NCBI GenBank assembly: GCA_964016885.1
Contig: OZ024743.1
Span: 117,862,001 to 117,926,000, forward strand
Length of the DNA stretch: 64,000 nt
Direction of reading: 5' to 3'
Source of the DNA: Eledone cirrhosa
Lineage: Eukaryota
The position numbers and the translations under genes are program-made. This document shows, piece by piece, positions 38,201-50,813 of the stretch (the first letter of the stretch is position 1; the number at the start of each line of letters is the position of its first letter). A model generated the notes under the pieces. That model was not told the DNA's origin and made no database searches. It saw only the letters and a list, made by a program, of their open reading frames with translations.

Positions 38201-38710
38201 AACTTCCAGAAATCTCTGGCCTGGCAGTGCTACCGAGCAGCCTTGCCAGTTCGGGATAAACTCTACAGGCATGGAGGTGCCGTCAGCCGGGCATGTCCGA
38301 GATGCGCGCAGGGCGACGAAACCGTCCTGCACGCACTCGTCCAGTGTCCGAAAATTGCTGACTTGTGGGTTTATGTCGAACACCTGCTGTCGCGTTTAGG
38401 ACGGATCCAGCTATCATCTGAGTCTATCGTGAGGATTGCCCCGCCCTCCTCCTTTAGCCGGGAAGGGCAGGCAGTTTTTTTCTGTCTGGTGGCCATGGCG
38501 AAAGAGATAGTATGGTGGACACGTTTGAAAGGGCTGAAGACGAGCACTTACCTCTTCGGTGATGCTCTGATTGACTTTTTCAAATTTCATTTGAAAAGGA
38601 AAATCAGAGTAGAGAGGGAAGTGCTCTCTTCCCAGCATTTTGTTGAAAGATGGGTGAGAGAAGCAAGAATGGCCCGAGTGAATGGGCCGACTCTGAGTAT
38701 ATATCTGTAA
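35291..38710 (+). CDS. LINE ORF2p, 1139 aa (APE-RT-CCHC)
   Basis: About 11 amino-acid differences from the A2 ORF2 by eye, including VYAP to VYDP in the endonuclease. Confidence 0.93.
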   Translation: MTSLRIGSINARGLGSSWKQGHLLNDLRSLNIDVVAISETRISEARAFAPIFGGYDVYASPSRPGSGGGVAVLFRRGLDLAIRAIFLDPEGKLVVLDVTSGDGQAFRLVAVYDPTGAGRPDFFRRLETFLGTSRSLVLVGDWNGILDARWDCVGLADRGGGCKSLTNLLRRFELSDRYRLDFPNVPMWTWTNRIGSSRSYLDRVFCREIDRSSIGCPQFKIVSYTDHKFVTCVLDLDRLHRQGPGYWKLNASLLARKAYRDRISELVKRALTGAIVNKKWWFALKRAIRIESIRFSKALAIEKNRAEGELVRKLDEALSKGIATDVLAAKLALDQFFNAKHEGCVVRARVRALRHEWTKAVQWARVAEARRGNKATIRSLVDHDGRMLLDPGQMCEAFQRHFAQLFGGSGGPGRGMDFSVYLDGLPRLSATEAKCCEKPITAAEVREAMTGCTRGKSPGLDGLPYELYVQMPDLFGGLLADVYCNWQQNGRIPSSVSRGAVALLRKDPNKGDNIDNFRPITLLNTEFKILAKVLAKRLALVVGGLVGEAQTCAIPDRSIHDNLHLMRYIVERVAREPGTGGSLINLDQSKAFDRVDHRYLAAVLRAAGFGPVFRGWIAAMHSDICSVVRVNGHLSEPFNIMRSVRQGCPLSSLLYVLTLEPLLHKLETLRGVPRELGCGRSVSAYADDVTVVVSNAKHIEAIGTTLREYEAVTGAMINQEKSVGLQLGTWRGRSMPSNSVVGRWTDGPVKLLGVWFGPDLQTDKNWDEVTSRVASLTQKWAERKLSLKGRAEVANAYIASVICYRLTVVPCPKPRLTALERLLFRFLWKGRAPMVRRSICCQHPLRGGLGMPWLMMRRHALRLRHLHLFLDGDQVWSPFARRVFPQLVSLTELQSWVKRRPRGSAWRLECLQALTALDQSGNVIGGNSTSAFYRGLVEGKSDDVLGETLGVDENQLANLFGRTFGPGPMDNFQKSLAWQCYRAALPVRDKLYRHGGAVSRACPRCAQGDETVLHALVQCPKIADLWVYVEHLLSRLGRIQLSSESIVRIAPPSSFSREGQAVFFCLVAMAKEIVWWTRLKGLKTSTYLFGDALIDFFKFHLKRKIRVEREVLSSQHFVERWVREARMARVNGPTLSIYL

Positions 38711-38969
38711 ACTAAAGGTGGAAAACTGGGAGAGGGCACTTGCCTTGGTGGTCAGGGTCATTGTGGCTTTTTACTGGGCTTTCTCCACAAATGTCCCTCC
38801 GAAGTCTCCCCCCTATTGGGGAATTTTTCATTGTTATTTTCATTGTTATTTTTGTTACATCCTCTGTTTTTGTTTTTTACACGCAGAAATGCCCATTTGT
38901 ACCGTCCTGCATTGTCCTGCACTGTCCTTAATGTCTACTTTATGTAAACCCTTGTGGTTAATAAAGAAA

Positions 38970-39052
<83 letters not shown>

Positions 39053-39055
<3 letters not shown>

Positions 39056-39665
39056 TCTGAACGGACGTCTTTTTGCTCGCCCTCATAAGTTTATTTATTT
39101 ATCAGTCAAAAGTTATTTATTGAATTTTTTGTTCTTGTGTAAGGCATGCAAGCTCTTGGACTCTGCCCTGCGCAAGGGATAGAATAATATTTGGGCCTTT
39201 TGGCCCAAATATTTGAACTTTTTTACATTTTAAAAAATTATCGAAGAAAAAAAAACAAAAAAAACATGGCTGAGCCACGCCTCCCAGCGATATGTCTGCT
39301 GTCGTGCGACAACGATGTAGAAGTTAAGAGGAGAGCTACGGTGAAATTAACAGAAATTGATACAACAAACACCACTACAAACAATGTGAACAAAGACAGC
39401 AATGATAACAACACTGAGAACTCTGATTTTGAAAAAAAAGGACAGTAATAACGACAACGAAAATACAGATAACAGAAATAATGACAAATGCAACAACAAT
39501 ATCAACAACACTAACATGAAAACAAATAGCGACAACACCAACAGCAACAGTACCAACTGCACCGAGAACAACGGCGGCACCAAAGACTACAATGATAACA
39601 GCGACAGTGATAACAACAACACCAACAAGAACATTCGGATGTAACACATGCGCAAACTAAGCACG
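39053..39665 (+). mobile_element. Probable 5' end of a third related LINE (type-C 5' module), 3'-truncated
   Basis: Begins right after (ATT)n; ~210-nt T-rich leader with a ttgggcc/ggcccaa hairpin; aaaacATGgct at 39266 followed by an Asn-rich (aac) region, as in modules A and B. Confidence 0.55.
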
Positions 39666-39976
39666 CATCACACACAAAAACAAGATGGCGTAGGACAGAA
39701 TAAAGGAGAGGCACAAAAACAAAGAAAATAATCCCCAGTCACTGAAATGGTCACATAATGTGTGACGAAAAAATGTTGACAATATATGAACAAACGCCCG
39801 GTTATGGAACCAACCAACCGGAAATTTATAAATTCTTAAATTTATAAATTTAATTTATAATAAATTGGAGTGAAAGTAACTGGTGCGTGTGTTTCTTATT
39901 GGTAACATGGCCCCCCAAAGCATAACAATAACGGTTTCAACACACGTTTTCAGATAAAGAATCTTGCTATCAGAAA

Positions 39977-40029
<53 letters not shown>

Positions 40030-40970
40030 GGCTCATCAAGTATGAAATTTGTGCCAATTTGAAGAAAACAAGCAAATTTCATAATTGACGACCACCCAAT
40101 ATATATATCAAATAGATATACATAGACAGATATGTTGTAAACTCCGCATTTCTGACGACGATTGCAGCATTTTATACAATCAACAGAACTAATTGTTGCT
40201 AAAATTAATGCGTAGGTGACTGTATTCCACTGACACATTGAAGATTCAGAGAGATTCAGCGTGACAAATGGTGTGACAAAGCTGTCCTCTCGAGTGCAAA
40301 TTATTTTTGCCAGCGGTGTTGACTGATACAGCACGAAATAATGTGTCTCACCCAAGTATACAAAGTGCTGTCTTGTCCGTGAATTGAACTCTAGACCTTA
40401 CGATTTTGAGCAGATCACGCACTTTCATATATATATATGTGTGTATGTGTGTATGTGTGTGTGTGTGTGGGGGGGGGTCTGTGTCTGTGTGTTTGTTTAT
40501 CATACACTTATATAAATATTTTTACAAAGAACATCCCAATGACGTCGTACCTTGACCTACTTTGATACAAGTTTGAAAGTAGTCAACTATGCATGACTTA
40601 CAATTTTAGACGCCACGAAAATATCAAAGATAACGAAACGTCAGGCCTTGATGAAGAGAGAAAACCGAGGCATTGATTTAAAAACTGACAAACGCATACA
40701 CACGCACATATTCACAATTCTACATATATGTTCGTATAATACAAATACACCTTGTAAACGAGCACATACATACATTTTAAACTAAAAGTACATAGCAAAG
40801 GAATGAAGAATGATTAGTTGTTAATATATTGAAAAACTGTAGATTATTAAGTTAATTTGAATAGTTATAAAATTGTTTTTACATGTGACACAAGACGCCA
40901 TACAATAATATGAGCCGTAATACAAAGAGATTATAGAATGTATGGGATATATATATATATATATATATAT

Positions 40971-41167
40971 ATAACGAAGGAAATGTGGTAAGGAACCAGG
41001 TGGACCATAACGCACCAAAGTACTCAATACTTGAGGTAGTAGAGTGGGTAATAGGAACCAGTAAGACCCCGGCAGCTGAGCTCAAGCCGTTTCGACGGCT
41101 AATTCTCAGAATTCTCAGAATTAGCCGTCGAAACGGCTTGAGCTCAGCTGCCGGGGTCTTACTGGTT

Positions 41168-41172
<5 letters not shown>
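40971..41172. repeat. (TA)n-embedded element with perfect 56-bp inverted repeat
   Basis: Arms 41051-41106 and 41117-41172, 10-nt spacer; related to 1716-1870. Confidence 0.85.
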
Positions 41173-41220
<48 letters not shown>

Positions 41221-41241
41221 AATATATATGTATTATGTATG

Positions 41242-41332
<91 letters not shown>

Positions 41333-42810
41333 GTGTTTGTGTGTGTGTGTGTATAATTACATTATAGAGTAAAATGACAGGCGCCGGACAGGTTGAATTC
41401 TTTCAAATTTATATTTCTGCAAATGATATGTACATTTCAGTTGCCAGGTTACGTATGAAACTGGTGACATCATCAGGTGCATATTGCATAATAATAATAT
41501 ACCAAAGGAATGATGGTAATCGCATTTCAAGTGTCTTTAAGAAGGCAAAACAAAGAATAAAAATACAGAGAAGGAAGAATGTGTTTTTTGTTTTTGACAC
41601 AAAGGTGATCATGGTAGCCCAGACTTACGGTAATCATTTTCAGGGAGGTTTATCGTGATCACAATTACGAATCGTGTAAGGATTGGAACAATGTGAAATA
41701 AAGTGACTATGTGTGCTTGCATATTCCACATTCATCGTAAACTTAAAGTACCGTAATTCTCGGGCGGAATTATTATGACACTATATGTGTCAACGCTCGA
41801 TCATCGAATTAAAGGTACAATCCATCCGATGGGTTTCTACAGTCTACATATATTCAACTTTACTCTCTATGCTTGGCTCATCGCCCCAAGTTGCCATATA
41901 GTAGCATCGAGCCCAAGGCCTCAGTATTAATAAATGGCCCTCTTTACCACTCAGCCATGTCTATGTCCATATCATTCTTTTTCGTTTTTTTTTCCCTTTC
42001 TAAAAACAGTAAGTCTTGGTTAGAGGAAGTTTTGTTTATTGTTTGGTGCAAGTCAAGGGACCATCTAGAGGCTTTTTCGCTGTTTTAATTTGAGAACTCG
42101 ACTTGAATCAGCGTAGAAGCTCTTACGTGCAAGAAATAGCAAAAGCTATTCTCTCTAAAAGCATACTCTACTATATTAAAGGAGATTTCCAATATTGTAA
42201 TCCAGGATATGCTATAGTGTGGAAAACAATTATGGTGATAACAATATTCACTTGACAATAACCGGCTATAACATTACGAAGATGATATAACAATATTCTG
42301 AATGTGTTTAGTCCAGAAAATATTGATAGCAATCGCCATTATAAAAATAAAATTATAAACTATATTGCCACGGCGAGGATGCCTTTCCTGATAGATCTGT
42401 CAGCTAGATTAGGTCTAACATGGGATTAGTAATACAGCATGTGGAAATTATGTGAAGAGTCAGTTTCTGGACAATATTTTTACTTCTATACTACTACAAA
42501 ATAAAACAAAATTGGATCTAGAAACTCAAAATTCTTCAAGGTAAATTATAAAAGTTATACTGAAATATTTCCGACACTCACTCATCTTATCTCACAATCA
42601 CGCATCGCATCACATCATATTATGCGCCTGTGTGTATGAGTATGCCTTTATATATCCGTATGAGTGCGTATGTTCCGTAAAGGAAGTATATTTGCATTTT
42701 GACTTATTTGCCGTTTTGCAAAATATATAGAGAGTAATATAGGTATATGATTCTATCTACATATGTGTTTAATTGGAGTGCATACGTACATACATACGTA
42801 TATATATATG

Positions 42811-42976
<166 letters not shown>

Positions 42977-43318
42977 CATATATATAAGTATACATCGGTG
43001 TATATATGTTTATCACATGAGTATAAATTCAGATGTATGTGGTTGCGAGTTTGCATATCAAGCAATTTACTTTGTCAAATTATACTTCAAATGATAAGAA
43101 TAGGAATATATACATTTCTAAATCACTGCAATGAATTTCCATGCATTTACAAGCGTTTCAATTGATGCATATATAAACACTTATAAAAGAAGTAACATGC
43201 ATAAATGCATAACAAGTATTCACACATATCAGTAGTGACATGCACATTCATGCCTTTATGCAAATAAAAATATCTATGAATTATTTATATATACACACAC
43301 ATATAATCACACAGATCC

Positions 43319-43372
<54 letters not shown>

Positions 43373-43374
43373 AT

Positions 43375-43412
<38 letters not shown>

Positions 43413-44232
43413 ACAAACAAGATACACACACATACACGCATGCACACAAACATATACATATATATATCAGTATATACCTTCGTCCTCAAACATGCATTCT
43501 TTCATGAATATATATTCAAATATAAGTTAAGTCAATCAACGCGCAAACACGTGCGAACACGCTCGCACGTGTACGAACACATACGAAGAGAAACTTGCTA
43601 ATATTCACATATATTCATACACAGAGACGAAAATGGAGGGATCCATCTATATATACCTGCAAAAACAAATCACCTGCCCAGTCAGAAACGCAATCAAACA
43701 CTCACATATAGTCACGCACACAGACACAGACAAAGACACACGCACGCACAAACACATCTGCACACCATACACACAGACACACATACATACACGCACGCAC
43801 ACACACACAAACATTTAGATAAAACAAATTCCACATAGAAATGTGGTGTAGAGAAAGAACAGAGCCCGATAGGTCTATATTCCTATAAAAGAAAAGCATT
43901 CTCATAATAATACATTACTCACATTTTCAGAAAGTCATGCAGCCAGGATAAAAGAGAAATCCAAATGCAGACAAGCTACTAAACCTCCACATATACACTG
44001 TTGTGCAATTCTTATATACATTCATACATACAACACGGACGCACATACACGAAAATCACAAGCGTCCGCACATACATATATACAAAAGTAAAGTAAATGG
44101 ATTCTCCATTACTTTCAAGGATCAGAAGATAACTTGCGGTTGTTTAGACTGCGGTCAATAATGATTAAAGGTCGCGTGTTCAATCACACAGCGAGGACAG
44201 ATGTCGAATAGACTGTGGCTTTAATTCAAAAT

Positions 44233-44264
<32 letters not shown>

Positions 44265-44269
<5 letters not shown>

Positions 44270-44791
44270 GTGGTTACACAACAGTTAGTTCACCATACCG
44301 AGAACATCACTAAGTCCAAACCATACGCAAGGGGAAATCCGACGTGTGGCTTATGTATTGACGAACGAATAACTATTCTAAAGAGATTACGCAATAGTGA
44401 TTGCCTAAACACGAGAAGTGAATTTGTCACACGTTGTCCACACGTCGCCAAACACCTATTACATAACTACAAGGCTCCAGACTGATTCTTTGTAATTTTA
44501 TTTTATTTTCAACCTAAAAACTTTTCGGACTTTGGCAGATATCTCCCTTACACCTCTCGCACGCAGTCTAGTGTTACTTGTGTGAAGTGACCGGTTTTCT
44601 GCGCATGCGCGTTTGTACGGATGTCGTTCCTGTTCCAATAACCATGCCCATCTCGAGCTGAAGATCCGCTAAGGTGAAACAATTGTTCTCGGTATGGTGA
44701 ACTAACTGTTGTGTAACCACTTCTACCTAACTCGTCCCTTGGACCGAGTGCTCTACCACTACGGATATTACCTTCCAGAGTTCCACCACTA
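44265..44791 (+). mobile_element. Penelope-like retroelement 3' fragment with inverted terminal segment
   Basis: ORF end KPY..CGLCIDE..I....LNTRSEFVTRCPH resembles the Cys/His-containing C-terminus of GIY-YIG Penelope-like elements. 42-bp inverted repeat 44265-44306 / 44684-44725; flanked by (TA)n. Confidence 0.75.
44653..44692 (+). ncRNA. Minimal type I hammerhead ribozyme motif
   Basis: TCGAG-CTGAAGA-tccgctaaggt-GAAA-CAATTG-TT-CTCGG: stem I, canonical core, palindromic stem III, GUU triplet. Confidence 0.7.
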
Positions 44792-44904
44792 TATATATAT
44801 ATATATATCCAGCAAGTGTAACTTGAAGTTACTGTAGGTTCCCCTAGGTGAGCACTTGATGTTTGGGTTCATGTCAGTGGGTAGAGGTTAAAACTAAACA
44901 GAGT

Positions 44905-45180
44905 GTAATATAATAATACAAGGACGATTCGTTAAGCCTTCATTACATTTATTGATTGGTGACGCGCGTTTCGCTATTGATCAGCTCAAACTTCGATCTG
45001 TATCGATCTGGTCCGATTCAGGAATCAAAAGCTTGTCGGACCTCCGTAGTCAGACCAGAACTGGCTGGTGACCCTGTGAAACTCCATAATAAAAAGACTC
45101 ACTATTTAGCCATAATAAATGATTATTTAAACCCTACTTCGCTATTGAGTACTCTTTTCGCTCGGTCATCAACTAGATAC
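44905..45180 (-). repeat. Second copy of the 8605-8752 repeat
   Basis: Reverse-complement similarity across ~150 bp (ggtgacgcgcgtttc, ttcgatctgtatcgatctg, gaatcaaaagct). Confidence 0.7.
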
Positions 45181-45379
45181 GGATATATGTATATATATAT
45201 ATATGTATATATTGGAAAATTTGTGAGATCCTTGGTACAGTTAGGTATATTTGAAAAAAAGGAAAAGAATGACTTCACTAGTAGTGCTAAATAATTTGAT
45301 TTAATTTTATAATATTATAATATAAAATTAAATCAAATGATTTAGCACAAGTGAAGTCATTCTTTTCCTTTTTTTCAAA

Positions 45380-45464
<85 letters not shown>

Positions 45465-45473
45465 GTGTGGGCG

Positions 45474-45617
<144 letters not shown>

Positions 45618-45803
45618 CATATGTAAATATGTGTACGTGTGTAATATAAAAAGCAAATAGATCTCCGTTCGTTTTGACGGTGAGCACTCGTTTGCACATT
45701 CAAATGAGCTACCTACTTATTAATTTACCAAGTGACTAAGTCTTCCACTGGCGCTGTAGCCCTAACAAAAGTATCATGTAGAATAGTGTGACAGTGTATA
45801 GAG

Positions 45804-46079
45804 CAGTCATTGGCAACCTGCGGCTTTCTAAATGACTCGCCTAAGTCACGTAAGTGAAATCTTTCTGATTTTTTTACCCCAAATTTTCAGTCGTAATTTA
45901 TCGTTCTATCATTTTTACGATCAAGGAAAACAACGTGTACGGATTCTGAAGAAACAAATCAAAACAAACTGAGTCACCACCTTTTTTTAATGTGGGCACG
46001 AATGTAAATTAGCGCTTGCGGCCTGATGATGATCCATATCACATGCAGCCCGCTTCTAGAAAAAGGTTGCCCATGCCTG
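45804..46079. mobile_element. hAT-superfamily (Charlie-like) MITE
   Basis: Imperfect TIRs cagtcattggcaacct / aggttgcccatgcctg; 8-bp TSD gtatagag / gtatagat (7 of 8 match). Confidence 0.75.
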
Positions 46080-46871
46080 GTATAGATAATCATTTGAATT
46101 ACAGATACAGTCCATACGATGTGCTTTTACAGACTTCCATTCCTCCCAATTTTACTAGGAAAACTTGGGTCGCCCAATGGTAGATGAAATACAGTGCAGT
46201 GGCATCGAACCCTAATTCTCATTATAAGAGAAGAGCATCAAAATTCGTCATGCCTTCTCACACACACAAATACATATATAGATACATACATCCATTAAAA
46301 ATAATCATAAAAATCTTCACACACACATATGAGCTTACAGATAATATGGACAGACATATCTAATCCAGTGGGAAAGAAAATATAACTTTATACAATGATT
46401 ATACCACATCCAACGGCAAAATAATGGAGGTTAAGCTCATTTAACTAGAATATTATCACGCCCAAACATGTATCTCACACCTCACACACTTTTTTCTCAG
46501 ACCTATATATTTTGTTTCTCACGTTCTTTTTTCCCTTTAGTTTTCCAGTTTTCCTGTTGTTCTCTTTTTTTCTCCTTTTGTTGTTGAGGCTTACGAAACC
46601 GTGAAAAATAAATAGATAGATAAATAATAGCAACAATATCAAACAATAAGTACAAAAAAGTAAATAAATAGATACATAAACGTGAATCGTATGTTTACCT
46701 TCATAAATAAATAAACCCAATTTCTTAAGCAAATCTCTGGTGACTTCGAAATGTTTCGTGTCACCTGTAATTCATGTACAAACACGAAACACAAAAGACA
46801 AGAAAAAAGGGAAACAAAACACCTAACATATATTGACTTATACAGATACACACCCACATCCACACACACAC

Positions 46872-46925
<54 letters not shown>

Positions 46926-47334
46926 ATATACACATACATACATTCTCACACATGTATATACACACATACACACATCTATGCGTGTACACAATACTTGTTA
47001 ACATGATCGCTCACTTACTATCGCACTAAATTAATCATCTGAAATGAAATATAGTGTTATGTCCCGCGTATAACCATTCACGTCATGGTGGCTAAAGTCA
47101 TGTTTTCAATATACCCCTTTCTGTCTATATCCCGGCTCATTCTGTATATATCTTAATCCAAGTATGGTGCCTTTACATGTTAGCACTAACTACTAGAAAT
47201 AGTTACCACTTCTTACTTCATTCTAAATTATTATGTTGATTATTTTTTTGTTTAATCTCATGTTTTTGGTCTTGATGATGCAAATATATGACCCAAATCA
47301 TCAACCCTGTGAATAACTCATTATTTTGCTTTGG

Positions 47335-47530
47335 CAAGGGCGGTGGATTGGCAGTATCGGTAGAGGGTCGGACACCATGCTTTGCAGCATAGACTTATGG
47401 CCCATTATGGTCTGAGTTCAAATCCCGCCGAGGTTAACTTTGCTTTTATCCTTACGGGGTCGATGAAATAAAGCACCAGTAATGCACTGGGATAATTGCT
47501 GGCTTGTGCCAAAGGTAGAAACAATTATTT
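47335..47530 (+). mobile_element. tRNA-derived SINE
   Basis: A-box-like tggcagtatcgg, B box gagttcaaatcc, body and 3' end shared with 12984-13198, 16750-16854 and a fragment at ~11432-11490. Confidence 0.8.
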
Positions 47531-48332
47531 TTCATGTATGATTGATTATGTGACGATTTCGGCGATAGACATTCAGCTGCTCGATCAACTAAAAGTTGAT
47601 GGCATAACATTAACATTTTCCTGACTAAGTTTCGGAATGACACATGTTTCTTAACATAATTCTAAATCTGAAGCAGATGATACGACATGTGACGAAAGCT
47701 ATGTTTGTTTACGTAGAACCAATTTCATTCACTAGGCTAGGGTTGGCACTTGTTCAAGATTCTATGCAATAAAATGTAACCCGAAACTTCATGATTTCGA
47801 ATAGAACTTAACCACTTAGCTATGCCTGATTCCTGGATTATCAAACAGGATGTACCCTATACATTGTCATAAAAAAAATTAGGGCGTTCTCTGAGAGAGA
47901 TTTGGCTATCTTTCCTAGCATATCAAGAGACCTCACCGGATTGTTCTGGTTCATTTGCTCCCGTTTTTATATTTTAAATATGCATATAATAAATATGTGT
48001 ATCAGTGTATGTATGGTCCAGTATATCCTGATGGAGACGTATGGATGCCGTCGCGGCATAAAGCGTTCCCTTGATTGAATAATAAAAACAATCGCCTGCG
48101 AAACTGGCGAGCGTCCATTCCATACACTACATATCCTTCGTTGTAACTAATCCGATGTGGGTGTATCATTTCATGTTGTGTTTACTTTCTATCTAGTAAT
48201 CTACGATAATAATCTCGTAATTTACTTAGCCAACGATTTACTATTCTAGCCATACATACAATATATACACATCCACCCACCAACTCACCAACGTGTGATT
48301 ATCAATCCTTTCATAATATATTTATATATATA

Positions 48333-48674
48333 TATAATAGAAAACAAAAAATCAGTGATGCATCTGAACTCAATTTATTGTGTGTTACAATTGTTCACCG
48401 GCAGACAGCTCGAGACATGATCAGTGTGTGAATCTGTCTGATTCTGGACCCGCAGGTTCGACAAACACCTCTAATGATTTCGGAGCATATTCTCTCATAT
48501 TCTTTCTTGTGAGAGAATATGCTCCGAAATCATTATACGTGTCCGTCGAACCTGCGGGTCCAGAATCAGACAGATCCACACAATGATCATGTCTCGAGCT
48601 GTCTGCCGGCGAAACAATTGTAACACACAATAAATGAGTTCAGATGCATCACTGATTTTTGGTTTTCTATTATA
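48333..48674. repeat. Long palindrome, ~165-bp arms, ~12-nt loop
   Basis: 48333-48497 is the near-perfect reverse complement of 48510-48674. Confidence 0.92.
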
Positions 48675-48757
48675 TCATACCCTGCTCTGTAAGAGCATAG
48701 AGTGCTCAACCGGCATACGGCCTATGGAAGCATCTTAGATACCATCAGACACACACG

Positions 48758-48875
<118 letters not shown>

Positions 48876-48943
48876 ACGATAAATTAACGGAGGCATAGGC
48901 CGTCGTCACTATATATCTCTCTCTGGTGTGTTACCTTCTCAAC

Positions 48944-49021
<78 letters not shown>

Positions 49022-49218
49022 CATATATCTATATACATATACACACACACATTCATATATACATACACACACACACATATATATATATATAAAAGATAAC
49101 AAGATATCGTTTAAGGTTTTATTATCATTAATCTTATTATTATTATAGATTTGTTTTCATTTATGTTATTCTCCCATGTATCTATAAATACTAACGCACT
49201 GTATCATGGACACAAATC

Positions 49219-49329
49219 AGTATTCTGACGATTTGGTCAGGAATCGACTATAATCAAAGTCAAGTGACGTGACTTCTAACGATTAGCGACTTTTAGACAC
49301 ACCGGACTAATGAAACAATTGTTAATACT
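49219..49329 (+). ncRNA. Type I hammerhead ribozyme motif with extended stem II
   Basis: AGTATT-CTGACGA-[80 nt closed by tttggtc/gactaat]-GAAA-CAATTG-TT-AATACT, then AATAAA. Confidence 0.65.
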
Positions 49330-49378
49330 TTAAATAAACCCTATTGAACAGATGAGCATGTTATTCCTCATTCGTTTA

Positions 49379-49442
<64 letters not shown>

Positions 49443-49569
49443 ATATATAAATTATTTAGGTTTGTTGATTCACCACTGGACAGAACTGGTCATTCCGTAC
49501 GTTCAAGCTCGATGTAATATTATGGAGAGCACTCAACGTTTGTGTAGTTGGTGGTGCGAGTACGGAGTT

Positions 49570-49818
49570 AATTATTATAAAATAACAGGAGGCTGGTCTG
49601 GTGTAATTCCTTAAAAGGTTTATTATACCTTGTGGGCGGCCGACCGAGGTAGAAGCTGCTAAATGTTCGGTCGCCCTCATATTTGTGATTTTCAGTCCCA
49701 TGGATTTTGTCTATTATATACCTTTTTTTATATTTGGAATACCTGATGATGTCACCAGATGTCATACAGAACCCGGTCATTGAAATTCCTTTTAAGGAAT
49801 TATAGCAGTCCTGTTATC

Positions 49819-49826
<8 letters not shown>
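49570..49826. repeat. Probable Penelope-like terminal fragment with short inverted ends and degenerate hammerhead core
   Basis: aataacagga..aattccttaaaagg (49581-49618) inverted against ccttttaaggaatt..cctgttat (49788-49817); CTGATGA at 49743 and GAAA at 49782. Confidence 0.4.
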
Positions 49827-49855
<29 letters not shown>

Positions 49856-50312
49856 ACAGTATACACACAAAGAGGTATGTGTTCAATTATAAGGGATAGA
49901 ATACCGCTAGATTGAAAACCATATTGCCTACGAATGAAATGGAGAATATATCTCAATTAAAAGAATAAATTAAAATGTACAAACCATCCGTTTATAAGTA
50001 TAACACCTGGAAACGCTCAAATAAGAGAATGTTTCACCATAAAAAGTGAAGATTCTATATTGCAGAGGACTTATCAACAGGTGGACTACAGTATGGTCCA
50101 CACATCTAAAAATATATCAGATAACTAAAATAAAGCATATGGTATAAAAAGAAGAAAGCAACCGCGTTATATAGCCCATGGTGGTGTGAATGGCCTAAAA
50201 GACAACTAGAACCATTCAAAGTATACTGTCTTATAAAGGGCCCGGATTCTAGTCCTTGAGCGCATTAAATTATACGGGATTAACATGAGTCTTTAACTCC
50301 GTTTCATAATTT

Positions 50313-50344
<32 letters not shown>

Positions 50345-50541
50345 TGTATGTATGTATGTATGTATGTATGTATGTATACATACATACATACATACATACA
50401 TACATAATTGCACACATGCATTCATAACAACTAGTCACACATACAGATGTACAGACAAGTATAAAAAGTTATAGCAAAAAAGTGGACAATAAATTATTCA
50501 TAAATTTCAAAATTACAAATATGATTTGCTATGTGCGGTGT

Positions 50542-50813
<272 letters not shown>

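Larger units (their letters stand above)
32946..39052 (+). mobile_element. Tx1-type LINE copy A3, full length, ORF2 intact, ORF1 with one frameshift
   Basis: Near-identical to A2; pure (ATT)27 tail 38972-39052. Confidence 0.95.

Noticed and set aside
47335-47430. tRNA gene
   Set aside because: A and B boxes are present but there is no cloverleaf; it continues into a SINE body found in several copies.
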